A stretch of 64,000 nt of DNA from Promethearchaeota archaeon (GCA_016839555.1 JAEOUA010000010.1:160001-224000); one strand, 5' to 3'. Positions 52,505-62,933 are shown, counted from the first letter of the stretch. Numbers and translations are program-made. The notes: generated by a model not told the origin, from the sequence alone.

Positions 52505-52921
52505 TTAGTTTTTTAGTCTTGCTTGATTTTCAATTTTTATAGGATTGGGTCCTAATCTCTGAATCTTCTCATGGGCGTCCTTAACACTCTTTACCAATTT
52601 ATCACCTTCAGCGGACGAGCAATAATACATATTGACTCTTTTTCCGAAACCTCTTTTTTCCAAAATTCTGTTCGCGAAATCGACATGCTCTTGTGCTACA
52701 TAATTGCCCTTGCCAAAAGCACATTCTTTTAGTCTTCATCCCACCACCATTACTCCATCAGCACCCGATTTTATCGCATATAAGATATGTTTCACATCAA
52801 CTCTGCCTGTACATCTCACTTTAATTATTCTCACAGAGGGAGTATATTTAAGCCTAGAAGTACCGGCTAAATCAGCTGCGCCGTAACCTCACTTTGTGCA
52901 AGCGAACAATATTATTTGCAT
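52505..52921 (-). CDS. mvhD: Selenocysteine-containing MvhD/VhuD (hydrogenase delta subunit), 2 in-frame UGA; alternative TTG start at 52933
   Basis: MQIILFACTK-U-GYGAADLAGTSR...RCTGRVD...GADGVMVVG-U-RLKEC...CSSAEG; UGA at 52889-52891 and 52736-52738 align to Cys of the fused MvhD (CNWC, GCH). Confidence 0.93.
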
Positions 52922-52938
52922 ATTATCATTCAATTTTT

Positions 52939-54897
52939 TTAATCACCTGCTAGTAATCCTTTAATTTCAGCATATAATTGATAATCTCGGGAATAGCGTA
53001 TATCTATTGCTTGGGTTGGGCAACAAGTCGCACAAATCCCACATCCATCGCAATTAATTTCGTCCACCACTGCTACTTCATTATCAGAAACTGTGATCGC
53101 ACCTTTCGGACATTCTTTCTCACATCGTTTACATGAGATGCAGAGATCTTCTGTCACTTCCGCAACAATCAATTCGAGATCAATTTCGCCCGCAGATGTT
53201 AGTTCAGCAACTTTACTTGCCGCTGCCCTTGCTTGAGAAACAGAATAACCAATATTTTTAGGTCCTTGTGCAAAGCCTGCGATAAAAATTCCTTTTGTCC
53301 TTGTTTCTTGTGGCATAAGACCAAAGTGAGCTTCCGTTAAAAATCCATATTTATCCACATCTAAATTTAAGACTTTAGCAATTTGTTCTGTACCTTGAGA
53401 TGGCAATACCGCAGTTGACAATACCACTAAATCCGCATCAATATTTATAATTTCATCCGTAAGGGAAGAATATACCCTAATCTTAACGTTTTTAGTTTCA
53501 GGATCTTCTCTTATTTCTCCTACTTTCCCTCGTATTAATCGTATACCTTTTTCTCTTGATCTTTGATAGTATTCTTCAAATCCCTTTTCATTTGTTCTCA
53601 TATCAATATAACATATCGATATATTCGCGTCAGGAAATTCTTCTTTTAATAATCGTGCATTTTTTAATGCTAACATGCAACATATGCCACTACAATAGGT
53701 TCTTTCAGCAGTTCTGCTCCCGACACATTGAATGAAAACAATTTCTTTTGGTTCTTTCTCATCCGATACTCTATGCATATACCCTTCAAGCGGTCCATTC
53801 GGAGCAAGCATTCTCTCAAGTTGAGCTTGATTAATCACGTTTTCAAATGTTCCATAACCATATTCATCTTCTGGTTCATAAATATCCCAACCAGTCGCAA
53901 TGATGATTGTTCCCACTTTAAAATGTACCTCTTCAGGTTTCTGAGAGAAATCTATTGCATCTAATTCGCATTCATTTACGCATGAAAAGCATTCTACACA
54001 GCAATCTCGTTTAATATCATATAAAAACGGTACTGCTTGACCAAATGCGATATCTATTGCTTTTCTAACCCCTAAATGCTCATCAAAGAAATTACTACAA
54101 TAGATAGGACATACCTCGGCGCATGCCCCACAGCCATTGCAATCATCTGTAATGAATCGCGGTTTTTTCTCAACTGTAACTTCATAATTTCCGACATAAC
54201 CTTCGACCTCCTTTACATAACTATAGCTTAGAATTTCAATGTTTTTATGTCGGTTAACTTCCAGCATTTTAGGGCCACAGATTCAGATGGAGCAATCGTC
54301 TGTTGGAAACGTTCTATCTAGCTGAGCCATGCGACCTCCTATGGTTGTTTTTTCTTCGACTAAATACACTTTTATTCCTTGGTTGGCAAGATCAAGAGCG
54401 GCATTCATGCCTGCAATACCCCCGCCTACTATGAGACAAGCCTTCTCAACAGGCACCGTTCTTATGGGGACGGTTTCAAGTCTTCTTAATCGTTCCATGC
54501 CTCCCTTTACAAGAATTTTTGCTTTTTCAGTTGCATCCTCCTTATCCTCTGTACACCAGCTACACTGCTCCCGAACATTTACCATCTGAAAAAAATAGGG
54601 ACTTAAGCCCGCTTTTTCAATAGTTTCTCTATAAATTGGTTCATGGGTAAGAGGTGTTCAAGCTGATGCGATTATACGATTTAATTTCTTTTCTTTGATA
54701 TCTTTAAGGATTTCTCCTTGGCCCGCTTCTGTACAGAGAAAGGGAGATATTTTTGATACCACCACATTGTCCAAAGTTTTGGCAAATTCTGTTAATTTTT
54801 GGCAATCTACTTTACTTTTTATATTTATACCTCACTGACAAGCGTAATAACCTATACGTTGCTCTGTATCCAATCCGTTGTTTTGATTATTATTCAT
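52939..54897 (-). CDS. hdrA: Selenocysteine-containing HdrA (652 aa), 3 in-frame UGA
   Basis: One frame from ATG 54897: RIGYYACQ-U-GINI (UGA 54832-54834), ASA-U-TPLTHE (54658-54660), DDCSI-U-ICGPKM (54283-54285). It joins ORF-track pieces 54283..54585 and 52939..54267; each UGA aligns to a Cys in the 44991 paralog. Confidence 0.93.
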
Positions 54898-55309
54898 ACT
54901 TCTTTCTATATCACCTAATCAGAATTATTTTAATTCTTAATAATTATTTTTATTAAAGTTTTTTTATTAGTTTAACTTTACATTTTTCAATAGAACTTAA
55001 CACAAATAAAGAAATTTAATCTAAAAAAGTTTAGATTTATATTAATATTCACTTCATTTATATTTGAAAAGAAAAAATTTTAAAAAAAAATTATTTCTCT
55101 CTAAAAATATTCCAAATTGACGTTAAATTTTGAATCTTGTTTTCATATAATTGTCGAATTTGTTCTAAAAATATGAATAACTCTTATCAGCCAAGGTTTA
55201 TTTAAATTTAAAAGATGGAAATATAAAATAATAAAAAAAGTTAAATTTGAAATTGTAATTGTAAAAGATAATTAGAAAGTTAAATAACAAAAAAAAAAAA
55301 AAGAAAATT

Positions 55310-57049
55310 ATGACACTTCTATTAAATCCAAAGCAACATATACGGTATTATCCCGATGCGAGATCAAAAGAGATTATGCTCAAAACTATAGAATTTTTCG
55401 AAAATAAAGGGAAAAGAAAACTTAAGGAAGATGATCACAATCATGTGTGGTATGGTGATTTTCTCGAATTCCAAAAAGAAAATATGCTTTTTGCTCATCT
55501 GTTAACTCCTTCTCAATATGGAGAGAATGAAGATTATCGATGGGATACTTGGAGAATTTGCGAATTTAATGAAATACTTGCATTTTATGGTTTAAATTAT
55601 TGGTATACGTGGCAAGTGACAATATTAGGGCTAGGTCCTATTTGGATGAGTAAAAATGAGAAAGCGAAGCAAAAAGCAGCAAAATTATTGCGAGAGGGGG
55701 CAATATTTGCCTTTGGATTATCCGAACAAGCTCATGGGGCAGATATTTACGCTACTGAAATGGCTTTAACTCCTCAAGAAGATGGAACATATAGAGCAAA
55801 TGGAGAAAAATATTATATTGGAAACGGAAATGAAGCAGAAATGGTTTCAAATTTCGGCAAATTTGCTGATAAGGAAGGAAATATCCCTCCATATGACATG
55901 AAAAATAAGGACCAATATATTTTCTTTGTAGCAAATTATAGAAATAAAAACTATGAACTAATAAAAAATATTTGCGAAAGTCAAAATTATGTAGCAAATT
56001 TTGCACTTCATGACTATCCAATTACTGAAGAAGATATTCTTTCCAAGGGAGAAGAAGCTTGGAATGCATCTCTTAATACCGTAAATGTGGGAAAATATAA
56101 TTTAGGATGGGCTTCAATAGGTATTTGTACCCATACATTTTATGAAGCGATTCATCATGCCGCTCATCGACGGCTCTATAATATGTATGTGACCGATTTT
56201 CAACATGTAAAACAGAATTTTGTCGATGCTTATACCCGTTTAATAGCGATGAAATTATTTGGATTGAGAACGGCAGATTATATGAGAATAGCTTCTAATG
56301 AGGATCGCCGATATTTACTCTATGCACCGGTTATGAAAATGAAAACGACCACTCAAGGAGAGGAAGTTATTAATTTGATGTGGGATGTGATCGCTGCGAA
56401 AGGTTTTGAAAAAGATATGTATTTTGAAGGGGCAGCAAGGGATATTCGTGCGTTACCTAAACTTGAAGGTACAGTTCACGTAAATATTGCGTTAATTTTG
56501 AAATTTATGTTAAATTTCTTTATGAATCATAAGAAATATGAAGAGATCCCTCGACAAGATCAAATTAAAGATGATACTTATTTGTTCAATCAGGGACCCA
56601 CTCGTGGGTTGGGAGCAATTCGTCTTCATGATTGGAAGCCAGCGTTTGAGCAATATAACCTACCCAATGTTAAAATATTTTTAGAACAAATTAAGATGTT
56701 TAATCTTATGGGAGTTAAAGCTACCCCAAGTGCTAAACAACAAAAAGATTTGGATTTTATGCTTTCAGGAATCGGAGAGATTTTTTCTCTTATCGTATAT
56801 GCTCATTTAATCATTGAAAATGCGAAAATCTACGAAATTGATAATGATACATTAGACCAAATATTTGATTTTTTAGTAAGAGATTTTTCTAAATATGCAT
56901 TGAATCTGTATCATAAAACTAGTACTACTCCTGAGCAGATGGAATGGTGTTTGAAGATGATTAAGAAACCCAATGTCGATCCAGAAAGATTTAATAAAGT
57001 ATGGGAAATTGTTCACTCTCTCAAGGATGCATATGAAATGAATCCATAA
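55310..57049 (+). CDS. Acyl-CoA dehydrogenase (FadE-like)
   Basis: AFGLSEQAHGAD, NGEKYYIGN, AAKGFE, LPKLEGT. Confidence 0.92.
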   Translation: MTLLLNPKQHIRYYPDARSKEIMLKTIEFFENKGKRKLKEDDHNHVWYGDFLEFQKENMLFAHLLTPSQYGENEDYRWDTWRICEFNEILAFYGLNYWYTWQVTILGLGPIWMSKNEKAKQKAAKLLREGAIFAFGLSEQAHGADIYATEMALTPQEDGTYRANGEKYYIGNGNEAEMVSNFGKFADKEGNIPPYDMKNKDQYIFFVANYRNKNYELIKNICESQNYVANFALHDYPITEEDILSKGEEAWNASLNTVNVGKYNLGWASIGICTHTFYEAIHHAAHRRLYNMYVTDFQHVKQNFVDAYTRLIAMKLFGLRTADYMRIASNEDRRYLLYAPVMKMKTTTQGEEVINLMWDVIAAKGFEKDMYFEGAARDIRALPKLEGTVHVNIALILKFMLNFFMNHKKYEEIPRQDQIKDDTYLFNQGPTRGLGAIRLHDWKPAFEQYNLPNVKIFLEQIKMFNLMGVKATPSAKQQKDLDFMLSGIGEIFSLIVYAHLIIENAKIYEIDNDTLDQIFDFLVRDFSKYALNLYHKTSTTPEQMEWCLKMIKKPNVDPERFNKVWEIVHSLKDAYEMNP

Positions 57050-57110
57050 TCTTTAAAATTTTATAAATCACTTAGAAAATTTTGGTTGAAATTCAAACTC
57101 TAAAGTATAT

Positions 57111-57131
57111 ATTATCAAATTATTTGATAAT
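57111..57131. promoter_or_regulatory. Perfect palindrome ATTATCAAAT-T-ATTTGATAAT, possible operator
   Basis: 10-bp arms with 1-nt spacer in the intergenic region; AT-rich background lowers its significance. Confidence 0.35.
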
Positions 57132-57352
57132 TATACATTTAAATTTGAGATCAATATTAAGTTGGATTTTCCCTCCTCTTAATTTTTAAATTATTTTTTA
57201 AAGAAGAATCTGTTAACAAAGGCAGTTTTACAATCATTTTCTGATTGCTTATTGTTGAAATCTAAATATTTTTATAGGAAAAACATTTTTTAGGGAAAAG
57301 ATTTTTTATTGAGTTAATATAAATATTGAATTAAATATATACATATTATCTT

Positions 57353-58948
57353 ATGAAAAAGATAGAGTTAGCACCTAAGGAGATTTTTGAGAAAAGAAAT
57401 GAATTAGGGTTAAATAATTCATTAAAAACTCTTTTAGAAATCATTGATCACGGAGAAGAGGCATCACGAAGAAAGCTGGCACTCTTCTATATAAGATCCT
57501 TTGAGGATATTCCTCAGAATTTAAAAATGGAATGTTTTAATAGCTTAGAAGGAATAATAATTTCCGATACAAATATTGAGTTAAAATGCGAAGCCGCAAA
57601 ATCCTTAGGAAAATTAAAAATAGAAAAATCAATTGAACCTTTAAAATGGTTATTAGAACAGCCTTCAATTAATTATGAAGATAAAAAGGTAATATTGAAG
57701 GCAATTCATGATTGTAGATTTAAAGAATCAGAAATAGAGCTATTTTTGGACCATTTAGATTCTCATTTCAAATCAATTAGAGAATATGTGAAAAATGAAT
57801 TATTAAAATTAGATCCAGAAAGAGCAGTACATTTATTCTTGGATTATTTTGGTAAAAAACCATCCAATGAAGCAAAAAAGGAAATTATTAAATTACTAGG
57901 ATATGAGTTATCGGGATTAAATATTTCTTTTGATGATTTTAGTTATATTAAATCAAAATATCCAGAAATTTTAAATAATCTAATTGATTATATAGATGAT
58001 TTGCTTGATATCCTCTCCATCATGAAAGAAGAGGATATAGAGCTTTTTGAAAATCTTATAATAATCTTTAATGTTCTTCATGAACATGTAAACGAGAAAC
58101 TGATTGAATTTCTTGATAGTGAGGATTTTATTGCTAAGGAAAATGCTATAAAATTGATAGGGGAATTAAATATAAAAGAAGCGAGTGATAAATTAGTTAA
58201 AAATATTGATAATGTCTATAGTGACGTGAGTTTAGCATCAATTGAAGCTCTGGGAAAGATTGGTGATATTTCTCTTATTCCAGATTTAGTAAAAGCTTTA
58301 GATATCGAAGATCCAACTTTTGAATATGCTGATTATACATTAAAATGGAATATTATAGAATCCATTAAAAAAATCTATTTAAAAAATGAAGAAATTTCAT
58401 ATGATTTTTTAATAGAAAAACTTAAAACTTCAAATGAGATTTTAAAAGAGAGTATTGCATATATTTTAGGAGAAATAGCCAAAGAAGATTTCACTGATCC
58501 TTTACTCGGAATCTTAAAACAATGGCATAATATTGATGTAGCTAAAAGTATTGTTATTGCATTAGGAAAAATTGGTGAATTGAGGGCAGCAAAACGATTT
58601 TTAAAGATAATTAATGATCCAGGAACATATTGGCTTCTTAAAAAAGTAACAGTAGATTCATTATATAATATTTTCAAAAAGAATGGACATTTTATGAAGA
58701 TTGATGGTACTGAAGAAAAAAGAACCCTAATTAAGCATAGAACAGAGTTAGAAGAGTATCTTACTAATAATCCTGATGAAAATCAAAAAGTTAAGGTTGC
58801 TATTATAAAATTACTTGAAATATTTGGGGATAAAACTTCAATCCATGCGCTTATGAAACGGCTTGATGATTTCCATCGAATAGTAGGAATCTCTGCTTCG
58901 AAAGCAATTAAAAAAATCGAGAAGAGATTAGAGATGGAACCTAATTAG
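57353..58948 (+). CDS. HEAT/PBS-lyase repeat protein
   Basis: Repeated AAKSLGKL, AIKLIGEL, IEALGKIG, AYILGEI, VIALGKIG units. Confidence 0.88.
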   Translation: MKKIELAPKEIFEKRNELGLNNSLKTLLEIIDHGEEASRRKLALFYIRSFEDIPQNLKMECFNSLEGIIISDTNIELKCEAAKSLGKLKIEKSIEPLKWLLEQPSINYEDKKVILKAIHDCRFKESEIELFLDHLDSHFKSIREYVKNELLKLDPERAVHLFLDYFGKKPSNEAKKEIIKLLGYELSGLNISFDDFSYIKSKYPEILNNLIDYIDDLLDILSIMKEEDIELFENLIIIFNVLHEHVNEKLIEFLDSEDFIAKENAIKLIGELNIKEASDKLVKNIDNVYSDVSLASIEALGKIGDISLIPDLVKALDIEDPTFEYADYTLKWNIIESIKKIYLKNEEISYDFLIEKLKTSNEILKESIAYILGEIAKEDFTDPLLGILKQWHNIDVAKSIVIALGKIGELRAAKRFLKIINDPGTYWLLKKVTVDSLYNIFKKNGHFMKIDGTEEKRTLIKHRTELEEYLTNNPDENQKVKVAIIKLLEIFGDKTSIHALMKRLDDFHRIVGISASKAIKKIEKRLEMEPN

Positions 58949-59206
58949 ATTCATCTTGATCCAGATTACAATTTTCTGTTATATTTATAGCCTCTTTCTC
59001 TTGATATAAGGTTTATATTTTTTTTAATTTACAGAAATTTAAATATTCAGAGAGTAAAAGATAAACTGTTATCTTCTTATTTTTATTTTATTTATCAATA
59101 AATTTTTTTTTAAACTTCCATTACTCTAAATAGTAAGCTTTTTACAATTTATTAATTAGAAATAGATATTGATGAATAAACTAGATATTAATAAACTGAT
59201 AAAGTC

Positions 59207-60700
59207 ATGACGGAAAACGAGGTTAATCAAGAGCAAGCTAGTGAAAAATACAAGTATAGCTTTGACTATATCCAACATAAGTTAGAGGGAAAGAAAGATT
59301 CATTCGGAATGTTGATGAAAGAAATTGTACGAACAGGAATCTGTACGCAATGCGGTACTTGCGCAGCCGTCTGTCCGGTCCTTGAGTGGGACCATCTTGC
59401 TGGTGAACCTAAACTGATTGGGAAATGTACTGGCTGCGGAATTTGCTATAATCAATGTCCCCGGACAATTACTGATCCTCACCAACTTATTGGAGAATTC
59501 AAAAGCGGCTATGTAGCAAATACGAATATACCGGAAGTTATCGGTTATCAAGATGGGGGCACAGTAACCAGTCTAATTTGTTATCTTTTTGATGAGCATT
59601 TAATTGATGCGGCGATTGTGACCATGAAAGATCCAAAAAATCCTTGGCATCCAGTACCCCAAATCATCACCAGTAAGGATGATGCGATTAAAGCTGCTGG
59701 TTCGATTTATTGCCATTCTCAAACAGTGGATGCATTAATGGAGGCTGTGAGACAAGACTATCGCTCAATTGCCTTTGTTGGAACGCCTTGTAATATTGAT
59801 GCGGTCAATAAAATGTTTAGTTCTCCCGCAGGAATGCTCAAATATTTTATGCGGGCCCATATCCTTACCATAGGGTTATTTTGCATGGATTCATTTTCCC
59901 CAGAAGCGTTATACCCTTATTTTAAAAAGGATGGGATTGATTTAGAGAAGGTAGTAAAAATGGATATCAATAAAGGAAAATTTCACCTTTATTATGATGA
60001 AGATGGAGAACCCGTAAAATCTTATACGATTAAGAGTCTAGATAAATTTAAATCCTCAAGCTGTAATTTTTGCACAGATCTTACTTCTGAGAATGCTGAT
60101 ATATCCGTTGGATCTGTAGGAAGTGGTCCCAATAAAAATACAGTTTTCGCAAGAACTGGTATTGGAGCAGAACTCTTAGAAGACGCGGCAAAAAAGGGTT
60201 ATTTAACTATTGAGCCATTTGATGCGATTAATTTAAATGCGGTCTTTTTTCTGGCAAAATTGAAAAAGGTCGCTCAATATAATATTCAAAAGCGGAAAGT
60301 GTTTATTGTCAGAGATGTGGAAGAGGAAGAGGAACCGAAAATAGAAACTAAAAAAGAAGAAAAAGAATTGGATATAAAACCTATTATTGATTCTCGACGT
60401 GCAATAAGCCTAAAGAAAGAAGTAAATGAGGAGGCTAAAACTCTCGAGTTATCAATCACGAATACAATTGGATTTATACTTGAGGATTTGAAAATAAGAA
60501 TAGCCAGCATAGACGAGGTTTTCGAAAAGAACGTATGGGTTACAAAAATAACAGAACTATTTCCTTATGAAAGTATAGAAATTGATTATCCCTTAGAAGA
60601 AGACGGAGAACTTCAGCTGGGGAAAGTACTCATTGAAGCATCGACAGAAAGTATTGGGAAAATTTACTCTAAAACTTATGATCTTTCCCCTAAAAAATAA
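59207..60700 (+). CDS. FrhB-family F420-binding Fe-S flavoprotein with acidic linker and C-terminal Ig-like domain
   Basis: CTQCGTCAAVCP, CTGCGICYNQCP, QDGGTVT, GTPC, GLFCMD, CNFCTD, ADISVG; EEEEE linker then beta-rich domain. Confidence 0.88.
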   Translation: MTENEVNQEQASEKYKYSFDYIQHKLEGKKDSFGMLMKEIVRTGICTQCGTCAAVCPVLEWDHLAGEPKLIGKCTGCGICYNQCPRTITDPHQLIGEFKSGYVANTNIPEVIGYQDGGTVTSLICYLFDEHLIDAAIVTMKDPKNPWHPVPQIITSKDDAIKAAGSIYCHSQTVDALMEAVRQDYRSIAFVGTPCNIDAVNKMFSSPAGMLKYFMRAHILTIGLFCMDSFSPEALYPYFKKDGIDLEKVVKMDINKGKFHLYYDEDGEPVKSYTIKSLDKFKSSSCNFCTDLTSENADISVGSVGSGPNKNTVFARTGIGAELLEDAAKKGYLTIEPFDAINLNAVFFLAKLKKVAQYNIQKRKVFIVRDVEEEEEPKIETKKEEKELDIKPIIDSRRAISLKKEVNEEAKTLELSITNTIGFILEDLKIRIASIDEVFEKNVWVTKITELFPYESIEIDYPLEEDGELQLGKVLIEASTESIGKIYSKTYDLSPKK

Positions 60701-60792
60701 AAACTAAAATAAGTCTTTATATTACACAACTTAAAAGAAAAAGAATATAATTAATAATAATAGAAGATAAAGATAAAGGAGGCAAATTTAAA

Positions 60793-61701
60793 ATGAAAAT
60801 ATCATTAGTGGGCCTTTCTGGCTGTGGTAAAACATCACTTTATAGTGTGGCATTTGCAGCAAAAAGCCCCGAAGATACGAAATCGTTAAGTCCCACTATC
60901 TTGTATGAGACAAGAAGACATCCTTTTTTAGGTTTACAAGTTGGTATATTTGATTTCGGCGGACAAGAACAATACAGAAAGGAGTACATGGAAAAGCCGG
61001 AAGTCTTCAAAGGCACGGACATCCTGATACCCATTATTGATCTCCATGATCCTGACAGATTTGAACAAGCGAAGGAATATTTTGATGGATTGTTAGATAT
61101 TTATCGCAAGAACAATGAAAAACCGAAAATCTTCTTATTTTATCATAAATATGATACCGAAGATTATGAAAAGGAACTTCTTGATACAAACATCAAAAAG
61201 GCACGTGAAAAATTTGAAGGGATGTTTGAAGGATATGAATCAAAATCCTATCTTACCAGTATTTATGATCAAGATAAATTAGCTAAGATTTTTAGGGATA
61301 TTTTAATCTCCTCTTATGAAGAATTAAAAGGGCATGTGGAAAAGGCGGAGAGCGATTTGGAAGAAATTAATGCTAAAATAATTATTTCCGATATATCTGG
61401 AAATGTTATTGTCCATAATGTAAAAGGAGTAAGTAGCGGGCTCACTTTAAGAGGCGATCTACGAGACTTTATAAATGCATGCAACACTGTGAGAGAGAAT
61501 GTTTTCATGTCGGATTCAGCTCAATTTAAAGGCAGTAATGAGGATGGTAAAGAAATTGATCTACACATCTTTAAGTACATCATTTCTGTGCTAATCATGA
61601 AAACTGGCGAAATAGACATGGAATCACAAGACAAAATCAATATCCTTTTGAATGATATGAAACTCTTTGCAGATCTCATTATTAGCGCTCATACTGAATA
61701 A
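60793..61701 (+). CDS. Rag/Gtr-like small GTPase with C-terminal roadblock domain
   Basis: G1 GLSGCGKT, G2 PT, G3 DFGGQ, G4 HKYD, G5 TSIYD (Rag hallmarks HKxD and TSI); tail IIISDISGNVI; SD AAGGAGG upstream. Confidence 0.85.
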   Translation: MKISLVGLSGCGKTSLYSVAFAAKSPEDTKSLSPTILYETRRHPFLGLQVGIFDFGGQEQYRKEYMEKPEVFKGTDILIPIIDLHDPDRFEQAKEYFDGLLDIYRKNNEKPKIFLFYHKYDTEDYEKELLDTNIKKAREKFEGMFEGYESKSYLTSIYDQDKLAKIFRDILISSYEELKGHVEKAESDLEEINAKIIISDISGNVIVHNVKGVSSGLTLRGDLRDFINACNTVRENVFMSDSAQFKGSNEDGKEIDLHIFKYIISVLIMKTGEIDMESQDKINILLNDMKLFADLIISAHTE

Positions 61702-61713
61702 ATCAATTAAAAG

Positions 61714-61732
61714 ATTTTTTTTCCCTTTTTTT
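61714..61732 (+). terminator. Archaeal oligo-U terminator candidate after the Rag GTPase
   Basis: Two long T runs separated by ccc, about 13 nt after the stop. Confidence 0.4.
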
Positions 61733-61898
61733 TAAATTAAAATATCAATTTGTAAGCTATTTTAATAAAATTTTACTATTAACTCCTCAGTTTTTTATAG
61801 AGAATCTGTATTCTTTCTATTCTAAATAATTATATAATTTTGAGAATTAGATATTAAAAAAAAATAGAAAATGATTGGAATTTTTAAGTATATTAATA

Positions 61899-62933
61899 TT
61901 ATAAAATCATTGTCCATCCAAATTCATCGAGTAAATCTAATTTTTGTATACCAGTTAAGATCTTGTAAATTTTTTCAGTAATAGGGCCTGGTATGTTGTT
62001 ATTATATGTCTTTGTTCTTTTTTCATAAGTTATTGAACCAATCGGCGTAATCACCGCTGCTGTTCCTGTACAAAAGAGTTCCGCGCAATTATCTCCAAAT
62101 AATTCTTTATATGAAATATCTCTTTGTTCCGTTGTGATGCCAAGTTTGCGTTCTGCTATTTTTAATACAGAGTCAACCGTAATTCCTTCAAGAATGGTGC
62201 CATCGAAACGTGGGGTAACAAGTTTGTTATCAATTATCGCGCAAAAATTTGCTGCTCCCACCTCTGTTATATATTCCTTATAAACAGCATCAAGATAAAT
62301 TATTTGGTCGTAGCCTCTTTTCTTTCCCTCAAGTGCTGGTCTCATGGTACGCGAATAATTAGAACATGTTTTTGTAGAACCGGTCCCCCCCGGACTTGCT
62401 CGAGTATATTTGTTTGAAATTAATAGATTCACTGTATTAAATCCCTCGGGAAAATAAGGTCCAACTGGAGAACAAAACACTAAAAAGATGTATTCTTTTG
62501 CGGGTGCAATTCCCAGCACTGGACCACTTCCGATTAATAATGGACGAATATATAGCGATCCTCCGCTTTCATATGGCGGTATAAAATCCTTATTTGCAAT
62601 AACCACCTTTTTGACTGCATCTAAAAATCTCTGTTTATCATAGGGGGGCATCACAAGCCTTTTTGCACTTTTTTCGAACCTCTCTGCATTTTTCATGGGT
62701 CGAAATAGACTAATTCTCCTATCCTTTGATTTTAATGCTTTTAATCCTTCAAAAACACCTTGACCATAGTTAAGTATACATGCTGCAGGAGATAGTTCTA
62801 TTGAATTAAATGGAATTAATTCACCGTCATCCCACTTTCCATCTTTATATCTGGACAAAAACATCCAATCCGTTTCATAAAAATCAAATTTTAGATTATT
62901 AAAATCTATCATATTTCTTTTTGTTGCTTGCAT
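61899..62933 (-). CDS. ilvE: Branched-chain amino acid aminotransferase (class IV PLP)
   Basis: LNYGQGVFEGLKA, SLYIRP, TKTCSNY (PLP Lys), EVGAAN, ILEGIT, GTAAVITP. Confidence 0.93.
   Translation of the reverse strand: MQATKRNMIDFNNLKFDFYETDWMFLSRYKDGKWDDGELIPFNSIELSPAACILNYGQGVFEGLKALKSKDRRISLFRPMKNAERFEKSAKRLVMPPYDKQRFLDAVKKVVIANKDFIPPYESGGSLYIRPLLIGSGPVLGIAPAKEYIFLVFCSPVGPYFPEGFNTVNLLISNKYTRASPGGTGSTKTCSNYSRTMRPALEGKKRGYDQIIYLDAVYKEYITEVGAANFCAIIDNKLVTPRFDGTILEGITVDSVLKIAERKLGITTEQRDISYKELFGDNCAELFCTGTAAVITPIGSITYEKRTKTYNNNIPGPITEKIYKILTGIQKLDLLDEFGWTMIL

Noticed and set aside
54283-54585. ORF-track 100-aa and 442-aa ORFs as separate genes
   Set aside because: They are in-frame fragments of the single Sec-HdrA
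52505-54897. hdrA/mvhD as nonsense-disrupted pseudogenes, or genome-wide UGA reassignment
   Set aside because: All five stops are UGA at conserved Cys positions with a SECIS downstream, while UGA ends other genes normally (13221, 33793, 34788, 36295)
3446-61508. Short opposite-strand or alternate-frame ORFs (e.g. 3446, 6105, 6931, 7446, 14199, 42012, 45385, 52704, 54329, 54753, 58375, 60840)
   Set aside because: They overlap well-supported genes and show no motifs; shadow ORFs
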